From NCBI GenBank assembly GCA_020438485.1, contig JAGQUM010000063.1, positions 14,698 to 38,697 on the forward strand: a DNA stretch of 24,000 bases, in the 5' to 3' direction. Positions 21,471 through 24,000 of this stretch are shown piece after piece. The notes beneath the pieces were generated by a model. It worked only from the letters and a program-made list of their open reading frames with translations, did no database searches and was not told where the DNA came from. The position numbers and the translations under genes were made by a program. Every line of letters begins with the position of its first letter. Within the stretch, counting starts at the first letter, position 1. This stretch comes from Thermoleophilia bacterium. GTDB taxonomy: Bacteria > Actinomycetota > Thermoleophilia > Miltoncostaeales > Miltoncostaeaceae.

Positions 21471-21477
21471 AGGGAGG
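21471..21477 (+). promoter_or_regulatory. Shine-Dalgarno sequence (AGGGAGG) for the transaldolase gene
   Basis: agggagg lies 6 nt upstream of GTG 21484. Confidence 0.55.
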
Positions 21478-21483
21478 TTCCGC

Positions 21484-22152
21484 GTGAAGCTGTTCATCGA
21501 CACGGCGGACATCGCCGAGATCGAGCGCATCGCCGGATGGGGCGTCCTCGCCGGCGTCACCACGAACCCCAGCCTGCTGGCGGCCGTGGAGGGCAGCGAG
21601 GACGACATCTACAAGCGTATCTGCGAGCTCGTGGACGGCCCCATCTCGGCCGAGGTCACGGCCGACACCGCGAAGGCCATGGTCAAGGAGGGGCGCCGCC
21701 TGGCCGGCATCCACCCGAACATCGTGGTGAAGCTGCCGACGTGCGCGCCGGGCCTGACCGCCACGGCCGAGCTGGCGCAGGACGGCATCCCCGTGAACAT
21801 GACGTTGTGCTTCACGGCATCGCAGGCACTGCTGGCGGCGTCGGCCGGGGCGCGCTACGTGTCGCCGTTCGTGGGCCGGTACGACGACATCGGCAACGAC
21901 GGCATCGAGGCCCTGCGCGAGGTGGTCGACGCGCTGTTCGCCACCGAGTACGACGTGCAGGTCATCACGGCCTCTGTCCGGTCGCCCGTGCACGTGCAGG
22001 AGGCGGCGAAGATGGGCGCCGACATCGCGACGATCCCGCCCAAGGTGTTCGACCAGATGCTGGCGCACCCGCTGACCGACAAGGGCCTCGAGAAATTCAA
22101 CGCCGACGCGGCAGCCCGCGCCGCCAAGACGAAGGGCACCCGCAAGAAATGA
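21484..22152 (+). CDS. tal: Transaldolase, short type 3B (Tal/Fsa family), 222 aa
   Basis: Near-collinear with B. subtilis-type Tal: MKLFIDTADIAEI..GVTTNPSL, ISAEV, VVKLP (Schiff-base Lys), NMTLCFT, YVSPFVGRYDD. Glu in SAEV and Phe in SPF are the transaldolase states; FSA has Gln and Tyr. Automated pipelines often label this family fsa. Confidence 0.9.
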   Translation: MKLFIDTADIAEIERIAGWGVLAGVTTNPSLLAAVEGSEDDIYKRICELVDGPISAEVTADTAKAMVKEGRRLAGIHPNIVVKLPTCAPGLTATAELAQDGIPVNMTLCFTASQALLAASAGARYVSPFVGRYDDIGNDGIEALREVVDALFATEYDVQVITASVRSPVHVQEAAKMGADIATIPPKVFDQMLAHPLTDKGLEKFNADAAARAAKTKGTRKK

Positions 22153-23129
22153 GTCCGAAGGTGAATCCACTCCCCGTGAACGCGATCGACTTCCTGCCGG
22201 TCGCCGAGAAAGCCGCCATCGCGTCCGGCCGCTGGCTGGGCCGCGGCGACAACCACGCCGCCGACCAGGCCGCCGTGGACGCGATGCGCACCGAGTTCAA
22301 CAAGCTGGCCATCTCCGGCACCGTCGTGATCGGCGAGGGTCAGAAGGACGAGGCACCCGAGTTGTACGTCGGCGAGGAGCTCGGCACGGGGGGCATGGCG
22401 TGTGAAATCGCCGTCGACCCGCTCGAGGGCACCGACCTCGTGGCGGGCGGCCGCGAGGGCGCCATCGCCATCGCCGCGATCGGCGCGCCCGGCGGCATCA
22501 TGCCCGCGCCCGACATCTACATGCGCAAGATCTGCGTGGGCGCCACGGCCAAGGGGCGCGTCGACATCGAGGCGCCGATGGCCGAGACGCTCGAGGTGCT
22601 GGCGCGCTGCTACCAGCGCCGCATCCGCGACCTGCGGGTGATCGTGCTGGACCGGCCCCGGCACGAGGATCTCATCGCCGAGATCCGCGAGGCCGGCGCC
22701 CGCATCCGCCTGATCCAGGACGGCGACATCACGGCCAGCATGTCGGTGGGCGTCAGCGGCACGGGCGACCACCTCTACGTGGGCATGGGGGGCTCCACGG
22801 AAGGCGTCATCACTGCCGCCGCCCTCGAGTGCCTGGGCGGCGAGATCCAGGGCCAGATGTGGCCGCGCAACGACGAGGAGCGCGCCAAGATGGCCGAGTT
22901 CGGCATGGACGACGAGAGCAAGGTGCTCACCATGCACGAGCTGGCGCCGAAGCCGTACTACGTCATCGCGACGGGCGTCACGGACGGCAACCTGCTGAAG
23001 GGCGTGCGGTACTTCGCCGACGGCGCCCGCACACACAGCATCGTGATGGACCTCATGAGCAACACCGTGCGGTTCATCGACACGGTGCATCTGCTCAGCC
23101 GCACCATCATCCGGGAGATCCGGCTGTAG
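22149..23129 (+). CDS. glpX: Class II fructose-1,6-bisphosphatase GlpX, 326 aa
   Basis: C-terminal part of ORF 20826..23129. ATG 22149 overlaps the tal stop (ATGA at 22149-22152). It shows GRGDNHAADQAAVDAMR, VIGEGQKDEAP, AVDPLEGT, LDRPRHEDLI, RLIQDGD, GGSTEG and ATGVTDGNLLKGVRY. Confidence 0.95.
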   Translation: MSPKVNPLPVNAIDFLPVAEKAAIASGRWLGRGDNHAADQAAVDAMRTEFNKLAISGTVVIGEGQKDEAPELYVGEELGTGGMACEIAVDPLEGTDLVAGGREGAIAIAAIGAPGGIMPAPDIYMRKICVGATAKGRVDIEAPMAETLEVLARCYQRRIRDLRVIVLDRPRHEDLIAEIREAGARIRLIQDGDITASMSVGVSGTGDHLYVGMGGSTEGVITAAALECLGGEIQGQMWPRNDEERAKMAEFGMDDESKVLTMHELAPKPYYVIATGVTDGNLLKGVRYFADGARTHSIVMDLMSNTVRFIDTVHLLSRTIIREIRL

Positions 23130-23137
23130 GACGGGCA

Positions 23138-23171
23138 GCGTTCGCCCGCCGCGTCAGCGCCGGGCGAACGC
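23138..23171 (+). terminator. Perfect 11-bp hairpin downstream of glpX
   Basis: gcgttcgcccg (23138-23148) pairs perfectly with cgggcgaacgc (23161-23171) around a 12-nt loop. It starts 9 nt after the stop at 23129. Confidence 0.5.
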
Positions 23172-23180
23172 CGAGCATCG

Positions 23181-23218
23181 CCGGGGGCGAGCCAGCGGCG
23201 GGCGACAACCGCCCCCGG
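23181..23218. terminator. Second GC-rich hairpin in the glpX/DUF2237 convergent spacer
   Basis: ccgggggcg (23181-23189) pairs perfectly with cgcccccgg (23210-23218) around a 20-nt loop. It could serve either convergent gene. Confidence 0.3.
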
Positions 23219-23327
23219 CGCCAGCGTCAGGACGGACCGCGCGACGACCAGCGCGGCGGACGCCGAGTGGCCGAACGCCGGGCGGCCGATGGTGATCGTG
23301 ACGCGCCCCGGCGCAGCGGGCGGGCCG

Positions 23328-23720
23328 TCAGCCGCCCGTCAGCGACCCCGGGTCGTCCGGAACATCGACCGCGTGGGTGCGCAGAACCTCGAGGGGCACG
23401 ATCTCGAGCGCCCGCTCGTGCGTGCACGCCAGCACCACGGGCGCGGCGACGCCGTCGTGGTGGGCGATCAGCCAGTTGCGGGCCGTCACGCACCACCGGT
23501 CGCCCGGCACGAGTCCCGGGAACCGGAACATGGGTACCGGGGTGGTGAGGTCGTTGCCGATCGACCGCTGGTGCGCCAGGAAATCGGCCGTCACCACGGC
23601 GCAGATCGCGTGCGAGCCCTGGTCCTCGGGGCCGGTGGTGCAGTGCCCCTCGCGGGTGAAACCCGTCAGCGGGTCGGTGCCGCACAGCGTCAGCTCACCG
23701 CCCAGGACGTTGCGTTCCAT
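23328..23720 (-). CDS. DUF2237 family protein, 130 aa
   Basis: MERNVLGGELTLCGTDPLTGFTREGHCTTGPEDQGSHAICAVVTADFLAHQRSIGNDLTTP... matches the DUF2237 pattern (NVLGGEL..C..DP.TGF.R.G.C.TGPED.G.H..CA). Confidence 0.85.
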   Translation of the reverse strand: MERNVLGGELTLCGTDPLTGFTREGHCTTGPEDQGSHAICAVVTADFLAHQRSIGNDLTTPVPMFRFPGLVPGDRWCVTARNWLIAHHDGVAAPVVLACTHERALEIVPLEVLRTHAVDVPDDPGSLTGG

Positions 23721-23878
23721 GGGGGCAGCCTAGCCCGGCCCTGCGCGCGACGGGGTGTCGCCTCCGCCCATGCCCAGGCGCGCCGCCTCACGGCGCGCCC
23801 GCCGAGGGCCCGGCCCTGCGGCGCGGGCTCCCCGAGCCCATCGATGGCCCGCTGCTGCTCGCCGAGCACGCCGGCGAC

Positions 23879-24000
23879 GTGGCGGCGCTCGGACCGGGGT
23901 TCCGGGACGCCGCGGTCGGCGAGGACCGGGTGCGGGTCACCGACGACGGCGCGGAGGTGCTCACGGGCTCTGCGCACGGGACGGCGCCGCGCCCCGCGGC
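23879..24000 (+). CDS. Open-ended + strand ORF with peptidase-M24-like C-terminal signature; possibly a gene remnant
   Basis: The frame starting at position 23660 is open to the window end and has very high GC3. It reads ...HGAPAEGPALRRGLPEPIDGPLLLAEHAGDVAALGPGFRDAAVGEDRVRVTDDGAEVLTGSAH.... The first canonical start codon in this frame is GTG 23879. The antiparallel minus ORF 23690..23977 is Arg-rich shadow. Confidence 0.2.
   Translation, partial: MAALGPGFRDAAVGEDRVRVTDDGAEVLTGSAHGTAPRPA

Noticed and set aside
23690-23977. Minus-strand ORF of 95 aa from the track.
   Set aside because: It is the exact antiparallel frame of the more protein-like + strand frame. Its product is Arg/Ala/Gly-rich, and it would overlap the DUF2237 start by 31 nt.
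1-24000. Mobile elements, CRISPR arrays, defence islands, prophage or biosynthetic gene clusters.
   Set aside because: I saw no transposase, integrase or recombinase motifs, no spaced direct-repeat arrays and no low-GC patch. I also saw no PKS/NRPS or restriction/Cas-like domains in any well-supported frame. The composition appears uniform across the window.

Overview
The window is very GC-rich (above 70% by eye, with near-saturated GC at codon position 3) and looks like core chromosome from a high-GC Gram-positive (actinobacterial-type) organism. It carries about 28 tightly packed protein genes on both strands. I found no rRNA, tRNA, CRISPR array, transposase, integrase or phage genes. Most long ORFs in the supplied track are Arg/Pro/Gly-rich shadow frames, which are typical of high-GC DNA. 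I chose the real frame by recognisable protein motifs, GC3 bias and start/stop overlaps.

Gene order:
- ROK sugar kinase (partial, not in the ORF track), divergent from an MFS transporter.
- A minus-strand operon: ABC ATPase, ABC-2 permease, VOC/bleomycin-resistance-like protein.
- Thr/Pro-linker lipoprotein, then YjbQ.
- An isocitrate-lyase/PEP-mutase family enzyme.
- ccmE, ccmF, a 93-aa membrane protein and a 293-aa lipoprotein. The last three are chained by GTGA stop/start overlaps.
- A peptidoglycan-remodelling block: PG-binding M23 peptidase, coiled-coil M23 peptidase, and a convergent NodB deacetylase coupled to a FUSC-like membrane protein.
- A DNA-repair pair: an AlkZ/YcaQ-family glycosylase convergent with a family-5 uracil-DNA glycosylase, which is itself coupled to an alpha/beta hydrolase.
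- lysA, thrB and a divergent dihydropteroate-synthase paralogue.
- A 297-nt orphan spacer.
- A small Cys/His protein followed by DUF1345.
- Transaldolase followed by glpX.
- DUF2237.
- A start-less ORF at the window edge with a peptidase-M24-like C-terminal signature.

The most unusual element is the ccm block. Its CcmE has Cys-Pro-Ser-Lys-Phe at the heme-attachment site instead of His-x-x-x-Tyr. No CcmH, CcmG or CcmABCD is present in the window, and two uncharacterised envelope proteins are translationally coupled to ccmF. They are candidate lineage-specific accessory factors of a variant System I cytochrome c maturation pathway. All functional calls come from motif recognition by eye; no database search was run.
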